From Sphingobium sp. (GTDB lineage: Bacteria > Pseudomonadota > Alphaproteobacteria > Sphingomonadales > Sphingomonadaceae), in contig DATEJA010000240.1 of assembly GCA_035278405.1 (NCBI GenBank), forward strand, positions 1 through 60,013: 60,013 bases of DNA. Direction: 5' to 3'. Shown here piece after piece: positions 1-12,578 of this stretch. Position 1 is the first letter of the stretch, and every line of letters begins with the position of its first letter. Below the pieces are notes generated by a model. It made no database searches. It was not told the DNA's origin and was given only the letters and a program-made list of their open reading frames with translations. Both the position numbers and the translations under genes were made by a program.

Positions 1-263
1 GTCGCGCCCTTCACCTTGACCATGTCGTCGCGGCGACCCGCGAACCAAAGGAAGCCTTCGGGGTCGAGGCGGCCCATGTCGCCGGTGTCGAACCAGCCGT
101 CGGCGGTGAAGACCTGTTCGCGTTCCAGCCCGCAAATGCCGAGCAGGATATCATGGCCGCCGATCTGGATGCTGCCCATTTCATCGGCGCGCAGGATGGC
201 GCCGGTTTCCGGGTCGGCGATCCAGAAGATGGGAATCGGACGGATGCCACGACGATACTGCAT
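1..263 (-). pseudogene. 5'-truncated acyl-CoA synthetase (AMP-binding) remnant; 3' end runs off the window
   Basis: Manual translation of a minus-strand frame absent from the ORF track gives ...IADPETG...GWFDTGDMGRLDPEGFLWFAGRRDDMVKVKG, the C-terminal motifs of adenylate-forming enzymes. An in-frame TAA lies near 291-293 and a divergent gene starts at 350, so there is no room for the N-terminal domain. Confidence 0.75.
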
Positions 264-349
264 TTTGCGGTTTGGATATGCGGCTGGCCATTAAGGCAGG
301 CATGAGATAAGTCGGCTCATTATAGCGCATCTGGATTTATAGGAAGTCA

Positions 350-1123
350 ATGGCTAAAGAGCAGGCGGCGCCAAAGATAAAAATTGCTGAGCGGGTTGCG
401 GCCGAGCTGCGGCGTGAAATTGTGACGGGCAATCTCCGTCCAGGCGATCGTTTGAATCCCGAATGGCAGCTGCAGGAGCAGTTCAACATCTCGCGCCCGA
501 CGCTCCGTGAGGCTTTGCGAATGTTGGAATCGGAATCTCTGATCGAGGTGACGCGGGGGCAGCAAGGTGGGGCGCGGATAACGCAAATCGATCCCGCGGT
601 CCTGGCTCGCCAGGTAGGCGTGCGGCTCCAGCTGGAAGGCGTGACACTGCAGGATGTCTGGCAATGCCGCATGGTGATCGAGCCCGGTGCCGCCGCTTTG
701 CTCACGCAGAATATCAAAAAGGCCGCTATCGAGGCGATGGAGCAGAATGTAAGGGATGCCGTCGCCGCGCTCGACGACTATGTCGCGTCAGCCGAACTTA
801 CCACGCGCTTTTCCCACATATTGACTAAATATTGCGGAAACAACACGCTCCATATTTTATCTACCCTCATCCAGGATATTGTCGATCGGCAGCATGTCGA
901 AGTCGCGGCGAACACCTATACACGTGCGGGCGTCGATCGGATGAGCCACCTGAATGTGCGCGATCGTCAGAAGATGATTGCCATCATCAAGTCGGGCAAC
1001 TCAGGGGAGGCACATCGCTTCTGGCGCAAGCATCTAGAAGTGAGTGGCGAGATAGTCTTTTCCAATTATCGCGCCCAAATGCCCATCGACATGGTGCAGC
1101 TCCCGCCGCAGACTGCTGCCTGA
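350..1123 (+). CDS. GntR/FadR family transcriptional regulator (wHTH + FCD domain)
   Basis: LRPGDRLNPEWQLQEQFNISRPTLREALRMLESE wHTH motif; FCD-like C-terminus (GNNTL...FWRKHL); AGGAAG upstream of the start. Confidence 0.9.
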   Translation: MAKEQAAPKIKIAERVAAELRREIVTGNLRPGDRLNPEWQLQEQFNISRPTLREALRMLESESLIEVTRGQQGGARITQIDPAVLARQVGVRLQLEGVTLQDVWQCRMVIEPGAAALLTQNIKKAAIEAMEQNVRDAVAALDDYVASAELTTRFSHILTKYCGNNTLHILSTLIQDIVDRQHVEVAANTYTRAGVDRMSHLNVRDRQKMIAIIKSGNSGEAHRFWRKHLEVSGEIVFSNYRAQMPIDMVQLPPQTAA

Positions 1124-1351
1124 GCCATAGCAAAGCGCGATGACCTGCATGCGGGGGCGAAGACGATCATCGGCTGCGCCAACGGGTCGGCCCAGGTGCG
1201 CACCGACTATGGCAAGATCATCTCGCTGGTCGCATCCGGCCGCCTGGAGCTGGGCGGCATGATCAGCCGCCGCTATCCGCTCGATGGTATCAATGACGCC
1301 TATGACACGATGGTCGCGGGCGAAGTGGTGCGATCGATCCTGGTGCCCTGA
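1124..1351 (+). pseudogene. C-terminal remnant of a Zn-dependent (MDR) alcohol dehydrogenase
   Basis: Manual translation KTIIGCANGSAQVRTDYGKIISLVASGRLELGGMISRRYPLDGINDAYDTMVAGEVVRSILVP* matches the C-terminus of class III-like ADHs; no N-terminal part is present. Confidence 0.75.
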
Positions 1352-1363
1352 TCCCGCCCCGGT

Positions 1364-3313
<1,950 letters not shown>

Positions 3314-3321
<8 letters not shown>

Positions 3322-3988
3322 ATTTGAGGCCCATTTCCTCAAGGCGGGGGCGCATATTGTAGATGTCGAGGCCGAGTTCGCCGGCGGCGAGGCGGATGCG
3401 CTTGGCTTCTTCGGCGGCTTCGCGGGCTTGGGCTTTTTCGAGCACGGCGGCGGCGTCGGCGCGGGCGACGATGCAGACGCCGTCATCGTCGGCGATGACT
3501 ACGTCGCCGGGGTGGACGAGGGCATTGGCGCAGACGACGGGGACGTTGACGGAGCCGAGCGTGTTCTTGACCGTGCCCTGGGCGTGGACCGCCTTCGACC
3601 AGACGGGGAAGTTCATCTGCTTGAGGTCGCGAATGTCGCGGACGCCCGCGTCGATGACGAGGCCGCGACAGCCGCGCGCCTGGGCGGAGGTGGCGAGCAG
3701 GTCGCCGAAATAACCGTCGGTGCAGGGGCTGGTGGGCGCCAGGAGGAGGATGTCGCCTTCGCGCAACTGCTCGATGGCGACATGCACCATCCAGTTGTCG
3801 CCGGGAGGGGCGGAGATGGTGACGGCGCTGCCGGCGATGCGGGCGCCGCTGTAGATCGGGCGCATATAGGGGGCGAGCAGGCCGGTGCGGCCCTGGGCTT
3901 CGTGGACGGTGGCGACGCCGGCTTTGGCGAGGCCGTCGATGACGGAGAGGTCCGCCCGTTCGATATTCTGGACGACGATGCCGGACAT
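3314..3988 (-). CDS. ligK: 4-carboxy-4-hydroxy-2-oxoadipate aldolase / oxaloacetate decarboxylase
   Basis: [29 protein letters not shown] and DDDGV (RraA/HMG aldolase); AGGAGAG RBS before MSGIVVQ. Confidence 0.95.
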
Positions 3989-4095
3989 GGGGCTCTCCTG
4001 CTCCTTTTTCGAAACCATGAAGGAGATGGCGAGAAAAACGGGATTCCTCAAATCCGATCTGTGGCCTTGCCATAAGTTTATGCTAAGTCTGGTTC

Positions 4096-5247
4096 ATGGA
4101 GCCCGATCAGTTCAATATCCGTCACCTGGCCGCCATGGCGGCGGTCGTCGAGCAGGGGAGCGTCAGCCTGGCCGCGCGGGCGGTGCATCTGACGCAGCCG
4201 GCGGTGACCCAGGCGATCGCCAAGCTGGAGGCGCAGCTGGGCCTGCCGCTGTTCGAGCGTCAGCCCGGAGGCATGGCGCCGACCGAGGCGGCCAAGCGGC
4301 TGGCGCCGCGTGTCGAGGCGGCCATGCGGCTGATCGGCAGCAGCCGGGTGACGGCGGCGCAGGTGCGAGCGTTCGTCGCGCTGGCACGGGCGGGCAGCTA
4401 TGCGGCGGCGGCCGTCGAGGCGGGGGTAACCGAGCCGTCGCTGCACCGCGCTGTCGGCGACCTGGGACTGGCGATGGGCTATCGACTGGTGGACCGGCGC
4501 GGGCGCGGGCTGATGCTGACCAGGGCGGGCGCGCTGCTGGCGCGGCGGCTGCGGCTGGCGCTGGCGGAATTGCGGTCGGGGCTGGAGGATATGGCCGACC
4601 TGCAGGGGCGGGAGAGCGGGCGGATCGTGGTGGGTGCCATGCCGCTGTCGCGGGCGCGCCTGCTGCCCGGAGCGATTGCGAGCTTTCGCAAGGACTTCCC
4701 GCAGGTTCATATCAGCGTGCATGAAGGGTCGCATGGCGAACTGGTCGGTCCGCTACGCGACGGCGAGGTCGACATGATGATCGGCGCGCTGCGCGATCCG
4801 TCGATCGGCCAGGACCTGGTGCAGAGGCCGTTGTTCGAGGATCGGCCGCGCATATTGGCGCGGGCGGGGCATCCGTTGGCGGAGGGATGGGACGAGGACG
4901 CGCTGCGGCGCTTTCCCTGGATATTGCCGCCCGAAGGCGCGCCGCTACGGCAATTGTGGCGGCGGATGTTCGAGGCGCTGGGCGGCGAGCTGCCGTCCGT
5001 GCCGATCGAATGTGGGTCGGTGATGACGATCCGCGAGCTGCTGGTGGGGGGCGACTATCTGACGCTCTTGTCGGTGGATCAGCTGGCGTTGGAACTGAGC
5101 GTCGGATTGGTCGTCGACATCGGCGCGGCGCCCGGCGCGGTCAGCCGGACGATCGGGCTGACCACCCGCGCCGACTGGCGGCCAACGCGCCTGCAGCAGC
5201 GTTTCATGACGGCGGTGGAGGCCGAGGTGAGAAACATGAATTCGTAA
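4096..5247 (+). CDS. ligR: LysR-type regulator of the PCA 4,5-cleavage genes (two tandem HTH motifs)
   Basis: Two LysR HTH motifs (HLTQPAVTQAI and GVTEPSLHRAV) plus a substrate-binding domain; divergent from ligK. Confidence 0.9.
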   Translation: MEPDQFNIRHLAAMAAVVEQGSVSLAARAVHLTQPAVTQAIAKLEAQLGLPLFERQPGGMAPTEAAKRLAPRVEAAMRLIGSSRVTAAQVRAFVALARAGSYAAAAVEAGVTEPSLHRAVGDLGLAMGYRLVDRRGRGLMLTRAGALLARRLRLALAELRSGLEDMADLQGRESGRIVVGAMPLSRARLLPGAIASFRKDFPQVHISVHEGSHGELVGPLRDGEVDMMIGALRDPSIGQDLVQRPLFEDRPRILARAGHPLAEGWDEDALRRFPWILPPEGAPLRQLWRRMFEALGGELPSVPIECGSVMTIRELLVGGDYLTLLSVDQLALELSVGLVVDIGAAPGAVSRTIGLTTRADWRPTRLQQRFMTAVEAEVRNMNS

Positions 5248-5310
5248 TTTCTTATAGACTGGCCATGGATTCGATTGGCTGGGACGGCCCCGTTGGGCCA
5301 TGCCGGATCC

Positions 5311-6270
5311 ATGGCGCAGGAAGTTGGTCTGATCGGATTTGGGGAAGCGGGCTCCACCTTCGCGATCGCGGGGCAATGGCACGAGCGGGCGCATGTGTTC
5401 GACCGCAAGACGGACAGCACGGCCGAGCGCGAGGCGATGGTCGCCGCTTATGCAGCCGCACAGGTGATGGGCGCGCGTTTCCTGGAGGATGCGCTGTCGG
5501 GCGTGGGGCTGGTGCTGTCGCTGGTGACGGCGGACCAGGCGCTGGCCGTGGCGCAGGCGGCGGCCGACTGCCTGCCCGCAGGGGCGATCTATTGCGACAT
5601 GAACAGCGTGGCGCCGCAGACCAAGCAGGCGGCGGCGCAAGCGATCGAGGCGGCGGGCGGCCATTATGTCGACGTGGCGGTGATGGCCCCGGTCGATCCG
5701 GCGCGGCTGGCCGTGCCGCTGCTGCTGAGCGGGGCGCGCGCGGCGGAGGCGCAGGCGCGGCTGGGCGCGCTGGATTTTGCGAACACGCAAATCGTCGGCG
5801 AGGCGGTCGGGCGCGCATCGTCGATCAAGATGATCCGGTCGGTGATGGTGAAAGGGATCGAGGCGCTGACCGCCGAATGTGTGCTGGCGGCGCAAGCGGC
5901 GGGGGTGTGCGCGGAGGTGCTGGCGTCGCTCGACGCGAGCGAGAAGGCGAAGCCGTGGGACACGCGGGCGGACTATAATCTGGACCGGATGCTGGTGCAT
6001 GGGTTGAGGCGCGCGGCCGAGATGGAAGAGGTGGTCAAGACGCTAGAAGGGCTGGGCACCGGCGCTGCGATGACGCGCGGGACGGTGGAGCGGCAGCGGG
6101 CGATCGGGGCACTGGCGGTGAAGGATGTGCCGGAGGGGTTGGGGGCGAAGATTGGGGTGATTTCTTCGGCGACGAATTTGGTCCGTCATTCCGGCGAAGG
6201 CGGGGATCCATCTCCGGCGTTGGTTCCAGCGGAGCGGTCGGGAGATGGGTTCCCGCTTTTGCGGGAATGA
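5311..6270 (+). CDS. NAD(P)-dependent oxidoreductase, 3-hydroxyisobutyrate/6PG dehydrogenase-like (DUF1932-type), lig cluster accessory ORF
   Basis: IGFGEAG Rossmann motif, YCDMNS, YVDVAVM and ASSIKMIRSVMVKG; the last ~28 codons come from a palindromic repeat. Confidence 0.85.
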   Translation: MAQEVGLIGFGEAGSTFAIAGQWHERAHVFDRKTDSTAEREAMVAAYAAAQVMGARFLEDALSGVGLVLSLVTADQALAVAQAAADCLPAGAIYCDMNSVAPQTKQAAAQAIEAAGGHYVDVAVMAPVDPARLAVPLLLSGARAAEAQARLGALDFANTQIVGEAVGRASSIKMIRSVMVKGIEALTAECVLAAQAAGVCAEVLASLDASEKAKPWDTRADYNLDRMLVHGLRRAAEMEEVVKTLEGLGTGAAMTRGTVERQRAIGALAVKDVPEGLGAKIGVISSATNLVRHSGEGGDPSPALVPAERSGDGFPLLRE

Positions 6271-6272
6271 CG
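6184..6272. repeat. REP-like palindromic element (CGTCATTCC...GGGAATGACG type)
   Basis: Inverted arms CGTCATTCCGGCGAAGGCGGGGATCCATCTCC and GGAGATGGGTTCCCGCTTTTGCGGGAATGACG; same family as 23611-23705. A second small hairpin ACCCCAGCCTGCGCTGGGGT lies at 6305-6324. Confidence 0.8.
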
Positions 6273-6362
6273 AAACTGTTGGAGGCTGTTTGTCGCCGCA
6301 CGAGACCCCAGCCTGCGCTGGGGTGATGGATTTGAACGAATGACGATTTCAAGGACCGACGC

Positions 6363-7385
6363 ATGAGCCTGATTATCGACTGCCATGGCCATTATACCGT
6401 GCTCCCCAACGGGCATGATGCGTGGCGCGAGGAGCAGAAGGCGGCGTTCAAGGTGGGGGTGGCCGCGCCGGCCTATCCCGAGATTTCCGATGACGAGATC
6501 CGCGACACGATCGAGTCCAACCAGCTGCGGCTGATCAGGGAGCGGGGCGCGGACCTTACCATCTTCAGCCCCCGCGCATCGGCGATGGCGCCGCATGTGG
6601 GCGACGCGGAGGTGGCGAAGGCGTGGGCAACCCACTGCAACGACCTGATCGCGCGGGTGGTCGGGTTGTATCCCGAGACGTTCGTGGGCGTGTGCATGTT
6701 GCCGCAGTCACCGGCCGCCGACATGGCGAACAGCATCGCGGAACTGGAACGCTGCGTGGAGATGGGCTTTATCGGCTGCAATCTCAATCCCGATCCGGGC
6801 GGCGGGCATTTCCAGCATCCGCCGCTGACCGATCGATACTGGTATCCCTTCTACGAGAAGATGGTCGAGCTGGACGTGCCGGCGATGATCCATGTGTCGG
6901 GCAGCTGCAACCCGGCGATGCACGCGACGGGCGGCTATTATATTGCGGCTGATACCATCGCCTTCATGCAGTTGCTGGAGGGGGATCTGTTCGCCGATTT
7001 CCCGACGCTGCGCTTCATCATCCCGCATGGCGGGGGTGCGGTGCCCTATCATTGGGGGCGGTATCGGGGGCTGGCCGACATGCTGAAGAAGCCGAGCCTG
7101 GACACGCATCTGATGAATAATATCTTCTTCGATACGTGCGTTTATCACCAGCCGGGGGTCGACCTGCTGGCGGACGTGATCGACAACAAGAATATCCTGT
7201 TCGGGTCGGAAATGGTCGGCGCGGTGCGCGGCATCGACCCGACGACCGGCCACTATTTCGACGATACCAAACGCTATGTCGACGCGCTCGACATCAGCGA
7301 GGCGGAGCGGCACGCCATCTTCGAAGGCAATGCGCGGCGGGTCTTCCCCCGACTGGACGCACAGTTGAAGGCGCGCGGGCTGTAG
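6363..7385 (+). CDS. ligJ: 4-oxalomesaconate hydratase (amidohydrolase family)
   Basis: IIDCHGHYT, IFSPRASAMA, PHGGGAVPYHWGRYRG and FGSEMVGAVRG. Confidence 0.95.
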   Translation: MSLIIDCHGHYTVLPNGHDAWREEQKAAFKVGVAAPAYPEISDDEIRDTIESNQLRLIRERGADLTIFSPRASAMAPHVGDAEVAKAWATHCNDLIARVVGLYPETFVGVCMLPQSPAADMANSIAELERCVEMGFIGCNLNPDPGGGHFQHPPLTDRYWYPFYEKMVELDVPAMIHVSGSCNPAMHATGGYYIAADTIAFMQLLEGDLFADFPTLRFIIPHGGGAVPYHWGRYRGLADMLKKPSLDTHLMNNIFFDTCVYHQPGVDLLADVIDNKNILFGSEMVGAVRGIDPTTGHYFDDTKRYVDALDISEAERHAIFEGNARRVFPRLDAQLKARGL

Positions 7386-7469
7386 GCGATCCCCTGATGG
7401 GGTGTGACCCATCCCGCGGCTTTTAGTTGGAAGGAAAGGTCCCGGGGTGGGTCACGAAGAGAGGACGGC

Positions 7470-8716
<1,247 letters not shown>

Positions 8717-8720
8717 TTTT

Positions 8721-8745
8721 CTCCCCCTCCCGCCTGCGGGAGGGG
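8721..8745. repeat. Short GC hairpin (CCCCTCCCGC-CT-GCGGGAGGGG), REP-like
   Basis: Perfect 10-bp stem between ligB and ligC. Confidence 0.6.
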
Positions 8746-8766
8746 CGACAGAGTAAGGAGTTTATC

Positions 8767-9705
8767 ATGCGTATTGCCCTGGCCGGTGCCGGCGCTTTTG
8801 GTGAAAAGCATCTCGATGGTCTGAAGAATATCGACGGGGTGACCGTCACCTCGCTCGTGGGCCGCAATCTGGAGCCGACCCGGGCGGTCGCGGCGAGATA
8901 TGGCATCGGCCATGCGACCACCGATCTGGCCGAGACGCTTGCGCGGGATGATGTCGACGCGGTGATCCTCTGCACGCCGACTCAGATGCATGCGGCCCAG
9001 GCGATCGCCTGCATGGAGGCGGGCAAGCATGTGCAGGTGGAGATCCCGCTCGCCGACAGCTGGGCCGATGCGCAGGCGGTGCTGGCCAAGCAGGAGGAGA
9101 CGGGGTTGACCTGCATGGTCGGGCATACGCGGCGCTTCAACCCGAGCCACCAGTTCGTGCATGATCGCATCCGGGCGGGCGAGTTCGCTGTCCAGCAGAT
9201 GGACGTGCAGACCTATTTCTTCCGGCGGCAGAATATCAATGCCAAGGGCGAGCCGCGCAGCTGGACCGACCATCTGCTCTGGCACCATGCGGCGCATACG
9301 GTGGACCTGTTCGCCTATCAGGCAGGGAAGATCGTCGACGCGCATGCGATGCAGGGGCCGATCCATCCTGACCTCGGCATCGCGATGGACATGTCGATCC
9401 AGCTGAAGAGCCAGAGCGGCGCGATCTGCACCCTGTCCTTGAGCTTCAACAATGACGGGCCGCTGGGGACATTCTTCCGCTATATCGGCGATACGGGGAC
9501 CTATATCGCGCGCTATGACGATCTGGTGAATGGCAGGGAAGAGCCGATCGACGTATCCAAGGTGGCGGTGTCGATGAACGGGATCGAGTTGCAGGATCGG
9601 GAATTTGTGAGCGCCATCCGCGAGGGGCGGGAGCCGAACAGCAGCGTGGCCAAGGTGTTCGATTGCTATCGGGTGCTGGGGGAATTGGAGGCGCAGCTGG
9701 GGTGA
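8767..9705 (+). CDS. ligC: 4-carboxy-2-hydroxymuconate-6-semialdehyde dehydrogenase (Gfo/Idh/MocA family)
   Basis: MRIALAGAGAFG, KHVQVEIP, GHTRRFNPSHQ and WTDHLLWHHAAHTVD; TAAGGAG RBS. Confidence 0.95.
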   Translation: MRIALAGAGAFGEKHLDGLKNIDGVTVTSLVGRNLEPTRAVAARYGIGHATTDLAETLARDDVDAVILCTPTQMHAAQAIACMEAGKHVQVEIPLADSWADAQAVLAKQEETGLTCMVGHTRRFNPSHQFVHDRIRAGEFAVQQMDVQTYFFRRQNINAKGEPRSWTDHLLWHHAAHTVDLFAYQAGKIVDAHAMQGPIHPDLGIAMDMSIQLKSQSGAICTLSLSFNNDGPLGTFFRYIGDTGTYIARYDDLVNGREEPIDVSKVAVSMNGIELQDREFVSAIREGREPNSSVAKVFDCYRVLGELEAQLG

Positions 9706-9729
9706 ACCAAGCGCGATTGAGATGAAGGC

Positions 9730-9759
9730 GCCGCCATCTCGGCGGCCTCTTTTCCTTTT
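9730..9759 (+). terminator. Rho-independent terminator after ligC
   Basis: GCCGCC-ATCTC-GGCGGC stem followed by CTCTTTTCCTTTT. Confidence 0.55.
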
Positions 9760-9769
9760 ATCACTACCT

Positions 9770-9845
9770 CCGTTCGCCCTGAGCTTGTCGAAGGGCTTTC
9801 TGTTCTTGAACTAGAGATGGGCTTCGACAAGCTCAGCCCGAACGG
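9770..9845. repeat. Palindromic element (CCGTTCGCCCTGAGCTTGTCGAAG...CTTCGACAAGCTCAGCCCGAACGG)
   Basis: Long imperfect inverted repeat; a degenerate relative lies at 33959-34022. Confidence 0.8.
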
Positions 9846-9857
9846 CGGATAGGTTTG

Positions 9858-10085
9858 TCAGGCAGTTAAGACCGGGTGCCTCATCCGCAGGTCGTCGAGC
9901 AGATTTTCGATCGCGGCGATTTCCTGGTGGGAGCCCGTCGGCGTGATCGTCCAGTTGCAATGGGGGTGGGTCGCGCGGGAGTAGAGGCGCACCGAGCCGA
10001 TCGCCTTGCGCCAATGATGTTTGGAGCGGCCATGGTCGCGGACCAGTCGGGCGACGAGCAGGTCGATGATCTTGTCGGCGGTCAT
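9858..10085 (-). CDS. Small hypothetical protein (75 aa, MTADKIIDLLV...)
   Basis: Plausible composition; 4-nt ATGA overlap with the upstream ORF; third gene of an apparent pobR operon. Confidence 0.65.
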   Translation of the reverse strand: MTADKIIDLLVARLVRDHGRSKHHWRKAIGSVRLYSRATHPHCNWTITPTGSHQEIAAIENLLDDLRMRHPVLTA

Positions 10086-10279
10086 TCTTCGGGTTTCTCC
10101 GCGCCCAGCCAGCGGCCGGGCAGTTCCAGATAGGCTTCCAGTTCGCGCCAGTGGCGGTCCCAGCCGGGGCCGCGCCTCTCCTCGGGCACATGGGCTTCGA
10201 CCATGCGGCGCGCGCGGGCGACGACATTGTCGGGCGGCGCGCGCAGGCGGTCGAGAATGGCGCGGATCTCCTCGCTCAT
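10082..10279 (-). CDS. Small hypothetical protein (65 aa)
   Basis: ATGA overlaps with both pobR and the downstream ORF, consistent with translational coupling. Confidence 0.6.
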   Translation of the reverse strand: MSEEIRAILDRLRAPPDNVVARARRMVEAHVPEERRGPGWDRHWRELEAYLELPGRWLGAEKPEE

Positions 10280-11160
10280 GACGGGCTGATAGCCCGGCCC
10301 TTGGCCGCGCGCCAGTCGCGCGGCGAGTGGCCGACATGGCGGGCGAAGAAGCGGGAGAAATAGGCCGGATCCTCGAACCCCACGGCATAGGCGACCTCGC
10401 CGACCGAGAGGTTGGAATAGAGCAGCAGGCGGCGCGCTTCGAGCAGCGCGCGCTCGTCGAGCATGGCGGCGGGCGAGAGGCCGGCGACGCGGGCGCAGGC
10501 GTGGCGCAGCGCGGTTTCGCTAACGCCGAGCGCGCGGGCATGGGCGGCGACGGGCTCGCGATGGCGGAAGCGCTGGTCGATCCGCTCGCGCAGCCGGGCG
10601 ACGAGGCGGGCCTGTCGGCCGGCCGCGACCGTGCCGTCGCTGGAGAGGGCGGCGCGGCGCAGCGCCTGCACCATCAGCCAGAGGAGCAGCGCGTCGACCG
10701 CCGCGCGCTGGCCCGGCGCGGCCCAGCCCAGTTCCTGCGCGAGCGCTTCGATCCTCGCCTCCACCTCCGCCCGGTCGGCAGGCGAGAGGGGGACGGCGCG
10801 GGGGCTGCGGAACAGCGGCTGCAGGTCGCCATCGCGCTGGGCGAGCTGCTGGAGATAGCTGTCGGCGATGGTCGTCACCCAGCCACGCGAATCCCGGTGC
10901 CAGGAAAATCCGTGAATGACCCCGGCGGGGACGAGCAGCAGGCAGGGCGCTTCGAAACCGACATGGTCGCCGTCCGCGCGCATCGACCCGCCGCCCTCGG
11001 CGATCAGGATGATATGGTTGAGGTCGCGGTGGAGGTGCGGCTGGATCGTCCACTCGCTGGGGCGGGAGCGGTCATCCAGGCTTTCGACATGGACAAAGCC
11101 TTCCGCCACGCCGCGCTGGGGCTCTCCATAGAGGTAGAAGGTGGGGACGGCGGTGGTCAT
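10276..11160 (-). CDS. pobR: AraC-family regulator of pobA
   Basis: VPTFYLYGE, cupin WTIQPHLH and AraC signature VAYAVGFEDPAYFSRFF; divergent from pobA. Confidence 0.85.
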   Translation of the reverse strand: MTTAVPTFYLYGEPQRGVAEGFVHVESLDDRSRPSEWTIQPHLHRDLNHIILIAEGGGSMRADGDHVGFEAPCLLLVPAGVIHGFSWHRDSRGWVTTIADSYLQQLAQRDGDLQPLFRSPRAVPLSPADRAEVEARIEALAQELGWAAPGQRAAVDALLLWLMVQALRRAALSSDGTVAAGRQARLVARLRERIDQRFRHREPVAAHARALGVSETALRHACARVAGLSPAAMLDERALLEARRLLLYSNLSVGEVAYAVGFEDPAYFSRFFARHVGHSPRDWRAAKGRAISPS

Positions 11161-11272
11161 GATGGGAAGAAGTCCTGCTGGATCGTCCAAATCATAGGCC
11201 GGTTTACCCATGTCCTGCAAGCGCCCCGCAGGCCAGGATGGCGGCAATCGCAAATCCGGAGAGAATGTCGCC

Positions 11273-12442
11273 ATGAAAACGCAAGTCGCCATCGTTGGCG
11301 CAGGGCCTGCCGGGCTGCTGCTCGGCCATCTGCTGCGCGCCGAGGGGCTGGAGGTGGTCGTCGTCGAGCGCGCGTCGCCCGGCTATGTGCTGGGGCGCAT
11401 CCGCGCGGGCGTGCTGGAGCGGACAACCACCGACCTGATGGACCGGCTGGGCCTGGGCGATCGGATGCACCGCGAAGGGCTGCCGCATGACGGATTTCAC
11501 CTGGCCGATGGCGAGCGGCTGATCCGGATCGACATCGCCGCGCTGACGGGCAAGCAGGTGATGGTCTATGGCCAGACCGAACTGACCCGCGACCTGATGG
11601 AGGCGGCGCCCGAGCGGGGGTTGCGGATCATCTATGAGGCGGGCGACGTGGCGCTGCATGATGCCACGAGCGACGCGCCGTGGATCAGCTACAGCAAGGA
11701 CGGCGCGACCCACCGGATCGAGGCGCAGTTCATCTGCGGCTGCGACGGGTTCCACGGGCCCTCGCGCCAGGCGATCCCGGCGAGCGTCGGCACCGCGTTC
11801 GAGAAAGTCTATCCGTTCGGCTGGCTGGGGATATTGGCCGATGTGCCGCCGTGCGAACATGAGTTGATCTACGCCAATCATGAGCGCGGCTTTGCGCTGG
11901 CGTCGATGCGATCGGAAAGCCGCAGCCGCTATTATATCCAGGTGCCGCTGGATGAGAAGATCGAGGAGTGGCCGGACGACCGGCTGTGGGAGGAGCTGGC
12001 GGTGCGGCTCGGCCCGGAGGCGGGCGGCCGGATCACGCGCGGGCCTGCGCTGGAAAAGTCGATCGCGCCGCTGCGTTCCTTCGTGTTCGAGCCGATGCGC
12101 CATGGCCGGCTGCTGCTGGCCGGGGACAGCGCGCATATCGTGCCGCCGACCGGCGCCAAGGGGCTGAACCTGGCCGCGTCCGACGTGCATTATCTGGCGG
12201 AGGCGCTGATGGGCTATTTCGGCCGGCGCGATTTCGACGCCATTGCCGGCTATTCTCGCCGGGCGCTGGCGCGGATCTGGAAGGCGGAACGTTTTTCCTG
12301 GCAGCTGACGCGGCTGATGCACCGCTTTCCGGACAGCGACGCGTTCGACCGGCGGATGCAGCTGGCCGACCTGGATTATATCGCGTCGTCGCTCGCGGCG
12401 CAGACGACGATCGCGGAAAATTATGTGGGGTTGCCTTTGTAG
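11273..12442 (+). CDS. pobA: 4-hydroxybenzoate 3-monooxygenase
   Basis: MKTQVAIVGAGPAG, RIRAGVLE, VYGQTE, CDGFHG, GDSAHIVPPTGAKGLNLA and AENYVGLP. Confidence 0.97.
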   Translation: MKTQVAIVGAGPAGLLLGHLLRAEGLEVVVVERASPGYVLGRIRAGVLERTTTDLMDRLGLGDRMHREGLPHDGFHLADGERLIRIDIAALTGKQVMVYGQTELTRDLMEAAPERGLRIIYEAGDVALHDATSDAPWISYSKDGATHRIEAQFICGCDGFHGPSRQAIPASVGTAFEKVYPFGWLGILADVPPCEHELIYANHERGFALASMRSESRSRYYIQVPLDEKIEEWPDDRLWEELAVRLGPEAGGRITRGPALEKSIAPLRSFVFEPMRHGRLLLAGDSAHIVPPTGAKGLNLAASDVHYLAEALMGYFGRRDFDAIAGYSRRALARIWKAERFSWQLTRLMHRFPDSDAFDRRMQLADLDYIASSLAAQTTIAENYVGLPL

Positions 12443-12578
12443 CGGAGGGCGCGCGCGGGATCGGGTGGCGGGTCCGGCCGTGAGGGCGGAACTGGGCCCT
12501 GGCCTTCGCCGGGGAGCGTTCGCGTGGGTGGAGGGTTGAAGGCGGTGGGCAGGGAGCGCCTGTCGCGCAGGAGATTAT

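Noticed and set aside
1121-1351. Stop-codon readthrough fusing GntR to the ADH fragment
   Set aside because: The shared frame has a one-in-three chance; the fragment lacks the catalytic domain and I see no recoding signal.
4071-4099. Similarity between the ligK/ligR gap and 5244-5268 as paired LigR sites
   Set aside because: Plausible, but the match needs gaps and cannot be supported by eye.
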